A DNA stretch of 37,347 bases from the IMG/VR virus record IMGVR_UViG_3300032237_000071, positions 1 through 37,347 of that record. One strand, 5' to 3'. Shown in pieces: positions 23,916 to 33,666 of the stretch (positions are counted from its first letter, which is position 1; every line of letters begins with the position of its first letter). Under the pieces are notes generated by a model. The model saw only the letters and a program-made list of their open reading frames with translations. It was not told the origin of the DNA and did not search any database. Source of the DNA: a virus. Taxonomy: Duplodnaviria > Caudoviricetes. The translations under genes were made by a program, and so were the position numbers.

Positions 23916-26678
23916 ATGGCAGATACCTTTTCATGGGATGAGGTAGCACCTAAAGCCTCATCTGTTACTGTATCTCCTACTTCTTCTGGTCTTAGTTGGG
24001 ATCAAGTAGCTTCCCCTACAGTTGAACAAGTCAACGCTGCTGGTATGAAAGCAGTTGGCGAAGCTTTGCCTGAAGGAGTTAAAAAAGCTGCTGGAACTAT
24101 AGCAGATGTAGCATCATACGGATGGAATCAATTACCTGAGAATGTACAGAAAGCTGGTCGTTCTACTGGTAACTTCTTACTAGACGCTATTGATGTTCTA
24201 CAACGTCCGTTTCAAGCAGTAGTTACTTATGGTAAAGCCTTAGGCACAACTGAAGCATCTAAAACAGGTGCTCCCTTATGGGAGATATTGTCTACTGAGA
24301 ATCTAGCTAAGGCACAACAAGCAGGTATCAAGGGTCTTAAAGGAGAAGAGAAGGCTTCTTTTCAAGAGGCACTGCCTGATCAATTTCGTAGAGAGAATCC
24401 AGTAAAGTCTATGCTTCTTGGTTTCATGGGTGATGTAATATTAGACCCATTAAAAGGTGAAGTAGTTGGTCCACTGTTTAAGACTGCTAAGAATGCTGCA
24501 TCTACTGGTGCTGATTCTGTGGGCATTACTTCTCGTTTAGCAGATAATGAACTCTTTCGTGCATTCAATATCACAACAGGTGATACAGACAAAGCTAGAA
24601 AACTATACAACGAATACAGATACGCTGTAGATCAGGCTAGAGTTGAGACTATTGCTAATTCTAAATCAGTAAACAATCGTATTAAAGTATTGTCTAAAGA
24701 ATCTGGTATTCCAGAGAATGAACTTAAAGCTAAGATATTCCAAGATGTGGAAACTGCTAGTTTAAGTGATGATGCTATTGGCGAATTAGAACAAAACATT
24801 GTAAATCAAAATAAAGCTAGATTAGAAGCACAACGTGCAGCAGGATTAGAAGTAGGCGATTTAGGTGAAACATACATGCCTCACATCGCTACTAAAGAAG
24901 CAGACAATGCTCTTAATCTAGAGAACATGAAGAAGTTATTTGGTTCTCGTCCTTCTGCTAAATCTCCACAAGCTTTAGGTCGTGAGATTGAAGGTACTGT
25001 AGCTGAGATAAATGCTAAGAACATGTATGGAACTACTAAGTTCTTCCAAGATGACCCTGCTATTGCTATGGGTGTAGCTGATTTTAATGCTGCTAAAGCT
25101 ATTGCTGGTCGTAAGTTTTTAGACGATGCTACTCAGTTCGGTCTTAAAGAAGATGTAGCTCCTAAAAACTATGTAACAATTCCTGAAGTTTCTGGATTTA
25201 GATTTGAACCCTCTATTGCTAAACAATTAAATCGTTCATATCGTGCTATCTCTAGTCAAGATGAAGTTAATTCTTTTTTAAAAGTATATGATGGTGCTCA
25301 GAATTGGTGGAAGATGTGGTCACTAGGTGCTCGTCCAGCATATCATACAAAGAATACTATTGGTAACTTATGGAACAACTACTTAGGTGGAGTTACTACT
25401 CCTAAACCATATGGAGATGCTGCTGCATTTCAAGTAAAAGTAGCTAAAGGTAACTTAGAAGGTAAGATTGCTGGATACCCTACTAAAGAACTTTACGACT
25501 CTATGATGAAGCGTGGTATCTTTGGCGAAGGACAGTATGGTGGAGACATTACACGTAGATTAGAAGAACAAATTCAAGGTGCTTCTAAAAATCCTTTAAC
25601 ATTATCTACTAAGAACCCTATTCTACAGGGTGGATTTAAGATGGGTCAAACTATCGAAGACAATGCACGTATTGCTTTGTATATAGACCAACTAAACAAA
25701 GGTGCTTCATTCGATAAAGCTGCTGAACATGTACGCAAGTATTTATTTGACTATGGTGATGTGTCTCCATTTGAAAAGAATGTGGCTAAACGTATTCTTC
25801 CTTTCTATACATGGTCACGTAAGAATCTTCCATTGCAGTTAGAAGCCCTTGCTACTCAGCCAGATAAGATAAACAAAATTAATCTTGCTATCAATAACGT
25901 ACAACAAGCTAATCAAGTACAACAGCCTGATTTAGCTCAAGTACCTAGCTACATTCGTGAACAAGCTCCTGTTTATGTTGGCTCTGATCAGCAAGCTGGT
26001 ACAGTTACTGCAATTCCTTTAACTGGTTTGATTCCTACCTTTGATATTGCATCTATCACTAAATTTCTTAATACTGAGACAGCTCCTCAAGGTATTCAAA
26101 AAGGTAAACTTGGAGAAGCATTGTCTACTACAATGGGTGGTGTATCTCCATTAATAAAAGCTCCTTTAGAATACATAGCTAACTATGACTTCTTTCGTAA
26201 GAAGACTATTCAAGAGTTTGAAGGACAAACTGCAGATTTCATGGGTGTTCCTATGCCTGTTCATTTAGCTAAATTAGCTTCCAATATTATTATGCTTAAT
26301 GAAATTGACAGAGCTAATCCTGGTTCTATCTTTGGTTCAAGAATGGTAGATCCTATTACTAAAGAAGTTACTACATTAAATAGTTTCTTTGGATTAGGAA
26401 CTCCTCGTGAGAGCAGAACAGATCTTCCTGAAGAACAGCGTCTTACTCAATATCTAACTGGTATTCGTGTATTTGATATTGATATGAACCAGACTGAGCT
26501 ACGTCAAGTAGAGACAATGAAGAAAGATATTGCTGCTATCAAGGCACGTATAAAACAATCACAGATAGCTGAGAAATCTAGAGAAGCTGATACTGCAGTA
26601 CAAGCGTTAGATAGATTCTATCAAGACATTGAAGAATTTGAAAAGAAACGTGAAGAGCGTCTTAAGAAAGAAAGATAA
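23916..26678 (+). CDS. Large internal virion (ejection) protein
   Basis: 920 aa; YLFDYGDVSPFEK...ILPFYTW motif typical of large podovirus ejection/polyvalent proteins. Confidence 0.65.
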   Translation: MADTFSWDEVAPKASSVTVSPTSSGLSWDQVASPTVEQVNAAGMKAVGEALPEGVKKAAGTIADVASYGWNQLPENVQKAGRSTGNFLLDAIDVLQRPFQAVVTYGKALGTTEASKTGAPLWEILSTENLAKAQQAGIKGLKGEEKASFQEALPDQFRRENPVKSMLLGFMGDVILDPLKGEVVGPLFKTAKNAASTGADSVGITSRLADNELFRAFNITTGDTDKARKLYNEYRYAVDQARVETIANSKSVNNRIKVLSKESGIPENELKAKIFQDVETASLSDDAIGELEQNIVNQNKARLEAQRAAGLEVGDLGETYMPHIATKEADNALNLENMKKLFGSRPSAKSPQALGREIEGTVAEINAKNMYGTTKFFQDDPAIAMGVADFNAAKAIAGRKFLDDATQFGLKEDVAPKNYVTIPEVSGFRFEPSIAKQLNRSYRAISSQDEVNSFLKVYDGAQNWWKMWSLGARPAYHTKNTIGNLWNNYLGGVTTPKPYGDAAAFQVKVAKGNLEGKIAGYPTKELYDSMMKRGIFGEGQYGGDITRRLEEQIQGASKNPLTLSTKNPILQGGFKMGQTIEDNARIALYIDQLNKGASFDKAAEHVRKYLFDYGDVSPFEKNVAKRILPFYTWSRKNLPLQLEALATQPDKINKINLAINNVQQANQVQQPDLAQVPSYIREQAPVYVGSDQQAGTVTAIPLTGLIPTFDIASITKFLNTETAPQGIQKGKLGEALSTTMGGVSPLIKAPLEYIANYDFFRKKTIQEFEGQTADFMGVPMPVHLAKLASNIIMLNEIDRANPGSIFGSRMVDPITKEVTTLNSFFGLGTPRESRTDLPEEQRLTQYLTGIRVFDIDMNQTELRQVETMKKDIAAIKARIKQSQIAEKSREADTAVQALDRFYQDIEEFEKKREERLKKER

Positions 26679-26687
26679 GAATGATTT

Positions 26688-27137
26688 ATGGCGGACCAAT
26701 ATGGATTAAACGAGGGAGTAAAGTCACTCACTAGTGGTCTTGATGCTAGTCGAGAAAGTGCAAAATCATTAACTAAACAAGTCGAAGCTATACAAAGAGA
26801 TGCTGTAGATGTAGCTCAACAACAAGCTAGAGACAGAAAAACTGCTCAACGAGAAGCAGAGTTTAAAAAACAACAAGCAATATTTAAAGCATTAGAAGAA
26901 TACAAGAAGCGTAAGTTAATAACAGACGAAGAGTTAAAACTCAAACAACAGTTTATTAAAACTTATGGTACTAAAGAATGGGAGTCTGTCTTGAAGATTA
27001 AGAATGAATTAGAAGCACTAGAGAAATTAAATCTTGAAGAGTTTCAGCACGATTTAAAAGCAGTAAGACGAGTACAGTTCTGGTGTTTCTTTGTAGCAGC
27101 GTTTATTGCATGGTATCTAACTTGGGGAATTAAATAA
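26688..27137 (+). CDS. Coiled-coil protein with C-terminal TM helix
   Basis: ORF track; FWCFFVAAFIAWYLTW. Confidence 0.7.
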   Translation: MADQYGLNEGVKSLTSGLDASRESAKSLTKQVEAIQRDAVDVAQQQARDRKTAQREAEFKKQQAIFKALEEYKKRKLITDEELKLKQQFIKTYGTKEWESVLKIKNELEALEKLNLEEFQHDLKAVRRVQFWCFFVAAFIAWYLTWGIK

Positions 27138-27619
27138 TGTTAACACTTTTATCTACACTAATCTCATTCTTAATGGGTGGTGTTCCTAAACTTCTAGACT
27201 TCTTTCAGGATAAGTCTGATAAATCCCATGAGTTACAGATGGCTCAGATGCAAACAGAGCGTGAACTCAAAATGCTTGAAGCTGGTTATGTAGCACAAGC
27301 TAAGGTAGAAGACATTCGTACAGAGCAGATAGCTATACAGTCTGCTGAGAAGGAAAGAGAAGCCCTCTATGCTCATGATATAGCTATAGGCGAAGGAGCT
27401 GCTCAGTGGGTTATCAATGCTCGTGCATTCACTCGTAGCTTTATTACCTACGGCATGTTCTTTATGTTTATGTTTGTAGAAGTATTTGGTTTCTTGTATG
27501 CCTGGAAGACAGGGATTAACTTTGAAGTAGCTTTAGATGTGCTATGGGATAACGACACTCAGACAATCTGGGCTTCTGTTGTTTCATTCTGGTTTGGTAC
27601 ACAAGCATTTAAGAAATGA
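27137..27619 (+). CDS. Putative holin (3-TM type)
   Basis: Hydrophobic N-terminus, coiled coil, two C-terminal TMs ending SFWFG; directly upstream of the lysozyme. Confidence 0.6.
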   Translation: MLTLLSTLISFLMGGVPKLLDFFQDKSDKSHELQMAQMQTERELKMLEAGYVAQAKVEDIRTEQIAIQSAEKEREALYAHDIAIGEGAAQWVINARAFTRSFITYGMFFMFMFVEVFGFLYAWKTGINFEVALDVLWDNDTQTIWASVVSFWFGTQAFKK

Positions 27620-28092
27620 AAGTAAGTGACAAAGCTCTTGAAGTTATCCGTCATCATGAAGGTGTTAGGACAAAGCCTTATCAATGTCCTGCTCTTCTTT
27701 GGACTATTGGGGTTGGTCATGTTATTGATCCAAATCATGGGAAGATCCCATTAGCAGAACGTAAAGCGTTACCTATACCTGAAGGATGGAATAGGACAAT
27801 AACGATGGAGGAAGTAGATGGAATTCTTAAGCGAGATCTTGCAAGCTTTGAACGAGGTGTCGAGCGATACTGTCCTGTTACACTTACACAAGGTCAGTTT
27901 GATGCTCTTGTCAGCTTCAGCTTCAATGTTGGTCTTGGAACACTACAGAGATCAACCCTCCGTCAGAAGGTTCTTCGTGGAGATATGGACGGTGCTGCAG
28001 AAGAGTTTCTCAAGTACACGATAGGTGGTGGTAAGGTACTGAAAGGACTCGTAAACCGTCGTAACGATGAACGAGCCCTCTTTAAATCTTAG
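27616..28092 (+). CDS. Endolysin, GH24 lysozyme
   Basis: HEG..TKPYQCPALLWTIGVGH, QFDALVSFSFNVG, GLVNRRNDERALF. Confidence 0.92.
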   Translation: MKVSDKALEVIRHHEGVRTKPYQCPALLWTIGVGHVIDPNHGKIPLAERKALPIPEGWNRTITMEEVDGILKRDLASFERGVERYCPVTLTQGQFDALVSFSFNVGLGTLQRSTLRQKVLRGDMDGAAEEFLKYTIGGGKVLKGLVNRRNDERALFKS

Positions 28093-28242
28093 TTAAATAC
28101 TCCAGCTATCTCCTTTGAGGAAGGAAGCCATAATCCTTACAATACCTAAGTCAAGGATTAAATGAGTAGCATCTGATTCTTCCAGGTTAACATACTCTAT
28201 GCCAACCATGAATCCCATAATAAAATGTAGTTCTAATATCAT
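28093..28242 (-). CDS. Hypothetical protein (49 aa, MILELHFIMGFMVGIEYV...)
   Basis: AAGGAG RBS; last gene of the minus arm. Confidence 0.65.
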   Translation of the reverse strand: MILELHFIMGFMVGIEYVNLEESDATHLILDLGIVRIMASFLKGDSWSI

Positions 28243-28254
28243 TGTTGCTCCTTA

Positions 28255-30162
28255 TTAAATTTCACAGTTACCTGCAGTACAGCTCAACATCTGAGCACCT
28301 TCGACATTATCGTCATACTCCTTGAAGTTCTCCCAATCTACTGTATCAGGCACTAGCAACTTCAATCGGTTGTAAGTCTCTTCATCACACTCTTCATAAG
28401 GTGCTTGCTTGTATGTTCCTCCGTCCATTGGCAGGAATGATACACCAGTCACCTCATCAAAATGCTTGAACGTCCAAGCTCCTACGTCCATCCATTCGTT
28501 CTCTAACACAGAGATAGTTACTGAAGGTTTATGCTCACAGTAATGACGCTGGAATAACAACCACAACTTCAAGTGCTGAATCGCTGATAAGTCTTCACGT
28601 AGCAATGCACCATCAGCTACTGCTACAGGAAAACTAAATACTGTAGTAGACTCAGGTTTCATTACACAAGGCTCTGCTACAAATCCTGCTTGAATCATGA
28701 ACTGAGTTAAAGGGTCTTTGTTATCAGCTCGTACACGACGAATATAATACTTACTGTGTTGAGGATGAATACCAGACGCAGTACTACAGAGTTGTGAGAC
28801 TGTTCCTTCGGGCTTAACTGCAGTAACAGCAACAGATTGATTAATACCAATGGCATCAGCGTAGAAAGCATTAGTTGATACAGCAATGTCACGTAGTTTC
28901 TCCAATCTAGAAGGTAAGTCTACATCATCAGGGTTATTCAACAAAGTGTTATCACAGATACCAGTCATCGATACACCAAGCAATGCTTCTTCTTCTGTGT
29001 TCTTCTGCCATATCTTACGCAAATAAGGGAAGTCTGTTAACGACGCTTGAAATGTTCCAAGGATTGTAGCAAGACGGATTTTATTTTCAATTGAATCAAT
29101 ATCGTCATCAGAGCGAATGATGCAAGAAGACAGATTACAGAACTGATAAGGACGTAGAATGATTTCTGAACATGGATTTGTTCCAAAGTCATACGTCGAA
29201 TCACGTCGTCCATTCTTAGCAGCTTGCTTCTGAGAAGCTTCACGATTGAAGATACCACGTTCTCCAGAATGTGACTCATAGATAGAACTCCACTCTCTCA
29301 TAAACTGTCCAATAGATGGTGTCTCTTCATACGTAGCAGAGTTATTTGCTAACGCACGTTGACCTTGACCATCCCACCAATTACCTGCCTTAGCATGTGC
29401 CATCTTATCATCTGATAAGTCTGACAAACTAATCATTGCACTCCGTCTGACTCCACCCACGACAACAACTTCCCCGATTTTGCAGAGAATATCATGACAC
29501 TCAAGGGAAGTGAGACGGCGACCAGATGCTCCTTTAAACTTGGTAACACAAAACTTATAAAGTTCTTCCAAAGGTCCTGGTCCAGAAGCTCTTCCCCCGA
29601 AAGTCTTAAGACGTGCTCCTGCAGGTCGAACTCGTGATACGTCGAACTTTGGAATCTCGCCAGCGTATAGAAGAGCCAAGAGTTGTCGAAGTGATTTAGC
29701 CCATCCTTCTTTAGAATCCGACACAACAATAGAAGTCTTACTATCAAACAACTGCTCTGGCACTTCAGGTAATTTCTTAACATACTGCTGCTCCACTGAG
29801 AAGCCTACTCCAGTACCACAGAGAAGGATATACATAGCCTCATCAAAGGCTTTAGGATCATCGATTGGTAAGTAAGAACAATTGAATGCAGCCACGTTCT
29901 GACGCTCTAACGCAGGACCTGCAGTCATTACTGCTCTCATGCTTGGCACTACAGATAAATCATTTACTGCTTGTTCTAACTCTGCACGTAGTTCGTTTGT
30001 TAGTACATAGTTCTGTTTTGTTGCTAGATGCTTTTCCATAAAGTCAAAGTATCGTGTTACTGTTTCATTCCAATGTTCTCTGCGTCCTTTGTCATCTAAG
30101 TAACGACTGTACCTGGACTTAGCAATAAAGGTATTGTAAGGTGTCATGCTGTATGCTGTCAT
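28255..30162 (-). CDS. nrdJ: Class II adenosylcobalamin-dependent ribonucleotide reductase
   Basis: FNCSY, VVVGGVRRSA, TNPCSEI, VKPEGT, CEHKPSVT, C-terminal CTAGNCEI; no beta-subunit gene seen. Confidence 0.9.
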   Translation of the reverse strand: MTAYSMTPYNTFIAKSRYSRYLDDKGRREHWNETVTRYFDFMEKHLATKQNYVLTNELRAELEQAVNDLSVVPSMRAVMTAGPALERQNVAAFNCSYLPIDDPKAFDEAMYILLCGTGVGFSVEQQYVKKLPEVPEQLFDSKTSIVVSDSKEGWAKSLRQLLALLYAGEIPKFDVSRVRPAGARLKTFGGRASGPGPLEELYKFCVTKFKGASGRRLTSLECHDILCKIGEVVVVGGVRRSAMISLSDLSDDKMAHAKAGNWWDGQGQRALANNSATYEETPSIGQFMREWSSIYESHSGERGIFNREASQKQAAKNGRRDSTYDFGTNPCSEIILRPYQFCNLSSCIIRSDDDIDSIENKIRLATILGTFQASLTDFPYLRKIWQKNTEEEALLGVSMTGICDNTLLNNPDDVDLPSRLEKLRDIAVSTNAFYADAIGINQSVAVTAVKPEGTVSQLCSTASGIHPQHSKYYIRRVRADNKDPLTQFMIQAGFVAEPCVMKPESTTVFSFPVAVADGALLREDLSAIQHLKLWLLFQRHYCEHKPSVTISVLENEWMDVGAWTFKHFDEVTGVSFLPMDGGTYKQAPYEECDEETYNRLKLLVPDTVDWENFKEYDDNVEGAQMLSCTAGNCEI

Positions 30163-30332
30163 TCTTCTTCCGTCCAATCTACTTCCTTAAGAAGTCTATT
30201 ATAATTATTTTCAATGATATCACCGAAGGTTTCAACTAAATCTTCTGAAGCTATATCGAGTAGCTCCAGAAGTATTACTTCATCTAAACTCTTCAACCGT
30301 TCTTTTAACTCTGGCAGTGTAAGAGTATTCAC
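30159..30332 (-). CDS. Small acidic helical protein (57 aa)
   Basis: GTG start, (M)NTLTLPELKERLKSLDEVILLELLDIASEDLVE...; ATGA-coupled to the RNR gene. Confidence 0.65.
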   Translation of the reverse strand: MNTLTLPELKERLKSLDEVILLELLDIASEDLVETFGDIIENNYNRLLKEVDWTEEE

Positions 30333-30335
30333 AGT

Positions 30336-30638
30336 TTATTTCTTCTTAACAATTTTCGTAGATGATTCTTTAGCTGGAGTAGCAGACATACACTTCTCAG
30401 CAAACTCAATTGCTTTCTCAGCAGCTTCAATCATTGCTCGTAATTGTTTGATGGATTCTTGTGGTTTGTAATCAGATACCCAAAACTGAGTAGCATCTTT
30501 TAAACCTGTCTGAATTGTAAAATCAACCCACCAATCAGCAGCATCTTTGAATGCACCATCTACATTTACAAATGCGTTGTTCTTAGGAAAGAACTTATTA
30601 AAATTAATTGTGTCTTTAGCTTTTTTAGTATCAAACAT
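30336..30638 (-). CDS. Hypothetical protein (100 aa, MFDTKKAK...)
   Basis: Start moved to ATG 30638 (AAGGAG RBS, downstream of the promoter). Confidence 0.7.
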   Translation of the reverse strand: MFDTKKAKDTINFNKFFPKNNAFVNVDGAFKDAADWWVDFTIQTGLKDATQFWVSDYKPQESIKQLRAMIEAAEKAIEFAEKCMSATPAKESSTKIVKKK

Positions 30639-30673
30639 TATATACTCCTTTAATTGTTTATGTGTTAACATAT

Positions 30674-30702
30674 ATTATACTTTTATTTAATGTAGTTGTC
30701 AA
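30674..30702 (-). promoter_or_regulatory. Consensus sigma70 promoter
   Basis: TTGACA, 17 bp spacer, TATAAT. Confidence 0.85.
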
Positions 30703-31006
30703 TCATCCGTTGCAGATACCACTGTGCTTTCTTCAGATCTTCAACTCCGTTCTTGTGCTTCCATCGCCATAGGTACTTGATAGCGTTGCCAGTACACATA
30801 GCTTCCATTCCATCTAAATCTTTCACCACCTGTGCAATAGCATCGATACATTCTATGTCTCCTTGTGTATAGTGTGCAGGAGAGTTAACCATATCTTTAT
30901 CATCTGCCATTGTTACTTGATTCAATCCTTTGAAATACTTCTCTAAGGTAAAAGGTTCTCCCATTAATTCATATCCATAATGTGCTGGCATTGCTACTGG
31001 GTTCAT
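30683..31006 (-). CDS. DUF3310 (SaV / T7 gp1.7-like) protein
   Basis: DMVNSPAHYTQGDIECIDAI...GNAIKYLWRWKHKNGVEDLKKAQWYL. Confidence 0.85.
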   Translation of the reverse strand: MNPVAMPAHYGYELMGEPFTLEKYFKGLNQVTMADDKDMVNSPAHYTQGDIECIDAIAQVVKDLDGMEAMCTGNAIKYLWRWKHKNGVEDLKKAQWYLQRMIDNYIK

Positions 31007-31767
31007 AGATATTTATCCTTTAAGAATTTAAGAGACACAAACATCTCATCAAAGCAACCATCATTTACTTCATGCAACACTACGATACCTCGCCAGTAGT
31101 GATTACCTTGAGCACCCATGTAATCTTCATCGTGCTCGTAGCAGCTACCAGCTATGATAGCCGTAAGAGTTTTCCCATCTGCTCTAATAGCGTAAGCAAC
31201 TTGTCTACCTTGTTGATGACCCACCACACACGACTGGTGTTTCTTGGAGATAATCGCTGAGGCTGATCCAACAGGTCTATTAAGAGCACCCGCAGTAACG
31301 TAATGGGCATATAGAACACCATCAATAATGATAGGCTGCTCAAACGGTATAACTTCCCAACCAGCTTCAACATACTTTAGATCCTCTATAGAAATAGTTC
31401 CATCCAGCATTGAATCATTCTCTACTGCACGATTGATACGATGTTCATGGTTACCTATTGTCAACACCATACGTGGTTTGTAGACCTTCTCCTTATTCTT
31501 ACGCTGCCTTGCTTGTAAAGTTCGTAAAGGTTTAAGGAGAATATCCATAGCCTGTTGTGTTGCCATTACATCATGCTTATATCGTCTGCCCTCGAATGAC
31601 TTCTTTCCTTTGTCGTAACTTGATAAGCTTGGCATGTCCGCAAAGTCGCCAATATTAATAATAACATCAGGACGCTTCTTAACAATGTAGTTTCCAATCG
31701 CTCTTAGGAATGAGTAATCATGTCCTGGTTTTACTTGTACATCAGGTATTACTAGATGCGTCGTCAT
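31003..31767 (-). CDS. Calcineurin-like metallophosphoesterase
   Basis: IPDVQ, IGDFAD, GNHEHR, AHY, VGHQQ. Confidence 0.85.
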   Translation of the reverse strand: MTTHLVIPDVQVKPGHDYSFLRAIGNYIVKKRPDVIINIGDFADMPSLSSYDKGKKSFEGRRYKHDVMATQQAMDILLKPLRTLQARQRKNKEKVYKPRMVLTIGNHEHRINRAVENDSMLDGTISIEDLKYVEAGWEVIPFEQPIIIDGVLYAHYVTAGALNRPVGSASAIISKKHQSCVVGHQQGRQVAYAIRADGKTLTAIIAGSCYEHDEDYMGAQGNHYWRGIVVLHEVNDGCFDEMFVSLKFLKDKYL

Positions 31768-31927
31768 AAGTATTTCCTATTTGATATCCGTACAAAGAAG
31801 ATAATGCACGATTAAATACTTCTGTTACTTCATAGTGAGTAGACCCATCAGGAATAGATGTGCTTAAAGTAACCACAGTACCGTCAGGTTCATTCTCATA
31901 TTCAGCAAGTGTAATATGTATTCTCAT
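31742..31927 (-). CDS. Hypothetical protein
   Basis: ORF track; ATGA-coupled. Confidence 0.6.
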   Translation of the reverse strand: MRIHITLAEYENEPDGTVVTLSTSIPDGSTHYEVTEVFNRALSSLYGYQIGNTYDDASSNT

Positions 31928-32310
31928 TTCTTTCCTTTTATTAATAACATAATATCTAACTGGTGTTTTAAATCGTTAACCTTCTGCACCATATCAAAGA
32001 AGTGTTCTGCATCTACCAGGGCTAATGGCTTACTGTTGTTTTGCTTTAAGACAACCAGTGGCTCAACTAGTCCGTGTGTTTTCGCTTGTTCATAATCTTT
32101 GTATACCGCAATAGCTGCACGATTCTTACACTCAATTGTGTAATTAACCAGCGACCTAGCAGCAGAGGATAACTGTACATCTTCTCCACCTGCTCCCATG
32201 CTTGTTGACCTAACATCATCAGTGGTTAGAGTAGGGAATCTTTGGAGTATCTGATCCCTGCACCACTGTTGTAACTTTCTTCCTTTTGCTTTTGCTGACT
32301 GAGGTTTCAA
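31924..32310 (-). CDS. PD-(D/E)XK endonuclease / Holliday junction resolvase-like protein
   Basis: SAKAKGR..QQW, MGAGGED, IECKN. Confidence 0.7.
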   Translation of the reverse strand: MKPQSAKAKGRKLQQWCRDQILQRFPTLTTDDVRSTSMGAGGEDVQLSSAARSLVNYTIECKNRAAIAVYKDYEQAKTHGLVEPLVVLKQNNSKPLALVDAEHFFDMVQKVNDLKHQLDIMLLIKGKK

Positions 32311-32530
32311 GTTTAATTACCTTCCGTTTAACTATCATCTGCTTAGGGATAGTAATACTGTTATTGCACATTCCATCAGTGATAGTACCTGCTAGTTCAA
32401 TCTGTTGGTCATCTTCGTATACTACAAAACCAACAGTCTTACATTGCAAGTCTTCTCGCTTAGGTTCGTGCCATTCTCCCTGAGCTAGTGCATCCAACCA
32501 CTCAACCAATACTAGACTGGAGGAAGCCAC
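32219..32530 (-). CDS. Hypothetical protein (EWLDA...CKTVGF...IPKQMI)
   Basis: Probable start near GTG 32530; fills the gap between exonuclease and nuclease. Confidence 0.55.
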   Translation of the reverse strand: MASSSLVLVEWLDALAQGEWHEPKREDLQCKTVGFVVYEDDQQIELAGTITDGMCNNSITIPKQMIVKRKVIKLETSVSKSKRKKVTTVVQGSDTPKIPYSNH

Positions 32531-33189
32531 ATTTGGTTTGGTTCTCTTCGTATCCACAATAGCTGAGCGTTCTCCAAGACTCGCTTGTCGTCTCCCTTGT
32601 ACGTTTCGAGTACAGTAAGATACATTTCCTTTTCGTTTTTGCATTCTTTAAGTAGCCTTTCTGCTTTAACTGTTCCAATGCCTTTGATACCGATGATATT
32701 GTCAACTCTATCTCCCATAAGTATCTGTTTATAAAAGTTCTTAATGCCTTCTTCTTCAGTGATATAGTAGAATGTATCCTTAACAAAGTTATAGTGATCT
32801 CCTCTGAGCATATCTAAATCTTTGTCGATAGAACAAATACAGTATTCACCTTCTGTCATCTCATAAGCAGCAATACCAATAGCATCATCTGCTTCTTGGT
32901 CTTCAATCATTACAAATCCCCAGGCTTTCTGCATGTAGTCTCTGAGTCTATCGTAATGCTTGGGCTTAGTAGATTTTCTATTCCCTTTATAAGGTGCAGT
33001 GATAGCTACTTCATTTCTAAAGTTACGCTTACCAGTTAAGTATCCTTGGTATGATTCAAAGTTATTAAAGAGTAGCATGTCTTCAATGAACTCACTACAT
33101 CTAGCAATCGCTATTGACTCTGGTTCTTCTTCAGAAGCAAAGCCAATGCGATAGACTAGTATGTCCCCATCAATCAGGGCTTTAAACAT
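32512..33189 (-). CDS. 5'-3' exonuclease (T7 gp6 / FEN-like)
   Basis: LIDGD, YKGNR, EADD, SIDKDL, GDRVDNIIGIKGIG. Confidence 0.92.
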   Translation of the reverse strand: MFKALIDGDILVYRIGFASEEEPESIAIARCSEFIEDMLLFNNFESYQGYLTGKRNFRNEVAITAPYKGNRKSTKPKHYDRLRDYMQKAWGFVMIEDQEADDAIGIAAYEMTEGEYCICSIDKDLDMLRGDHYNFVKDTFYYITEEEGIKNFYKQILMGDRVDNIIGIKGIGTVKAERLLKECKNEKEMYLTVLETYKGDDKRVLENAQLLWIRREPNQMWLPPV

Positions 33190-33608
33190 TAAAGAGCTTC
33201 TTCTTCCAAGTCAGCAAGGTTAACACCTTCTGGTTTGTACTCAATCAGTTCCTTGATAATCAACTTCGATACACCAACACCAACTCCAGACTTACCCTGG
33301 AAGTTATACTTGTAAGGTTTAATCAAAGCAACTGCCTTAGATCCGTTAGCTACTTTAGCTTTAATAATATTACCGCCTTCATCTACTGCAGTAATAGGGT
33401 AGAGTTTGCTCTTAGCAGTAATGAAGAATCCTTGGTCTGGTTTCTTGGCATCGTTGCGTACATTGATACCCATCTCCATCAAAGTCTTAACAGCATCCTT
33501 ACTTAGATTGCTCAAGTCTACTTGATACTTACCTGAGAGTTTGTTTGGTTCATCCAAAGCAGCCCAGAAAATGTCAGCTTGAATCGGTAAAGGTTTAGTC
33601 ATATCCAT
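33189..33608 (-). CDS. Putative ssDNA-binding protein (T7 gp2.5-like)
   Basis: WAALDEPN..SGKYQVDL, ANGS, acidic tail DLEEEAL; own promoter; lies between pol and exonuclease. Confidence 0.6.
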   Translation of the reverse strand: MDMTKPLPIQADIFWAALDEPNKLSGKYQVDLSNLSKDAVKTLMEMGINVRNDAKKPDQGFFITAKSKLYPITAVDEGGNIIKAKVANGSKAVALIKPYKYNFQGKSGVGVGVSKLIIKELIEYKPEGVNLADLEEEAL

Positions 33609-33637
33609 TTATTTCTCCTATTAAAATTACAACATAT

Positions 33638-33666
33638 ATTATACCACGTTTTAATGCAACTGTCCA
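33638..33666 (-). promoter_or_regulatory. sigma70 promoter
   Basis: TGGACA, 17 bp spacer, TGgTATAAT. Confidence 0.75.
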
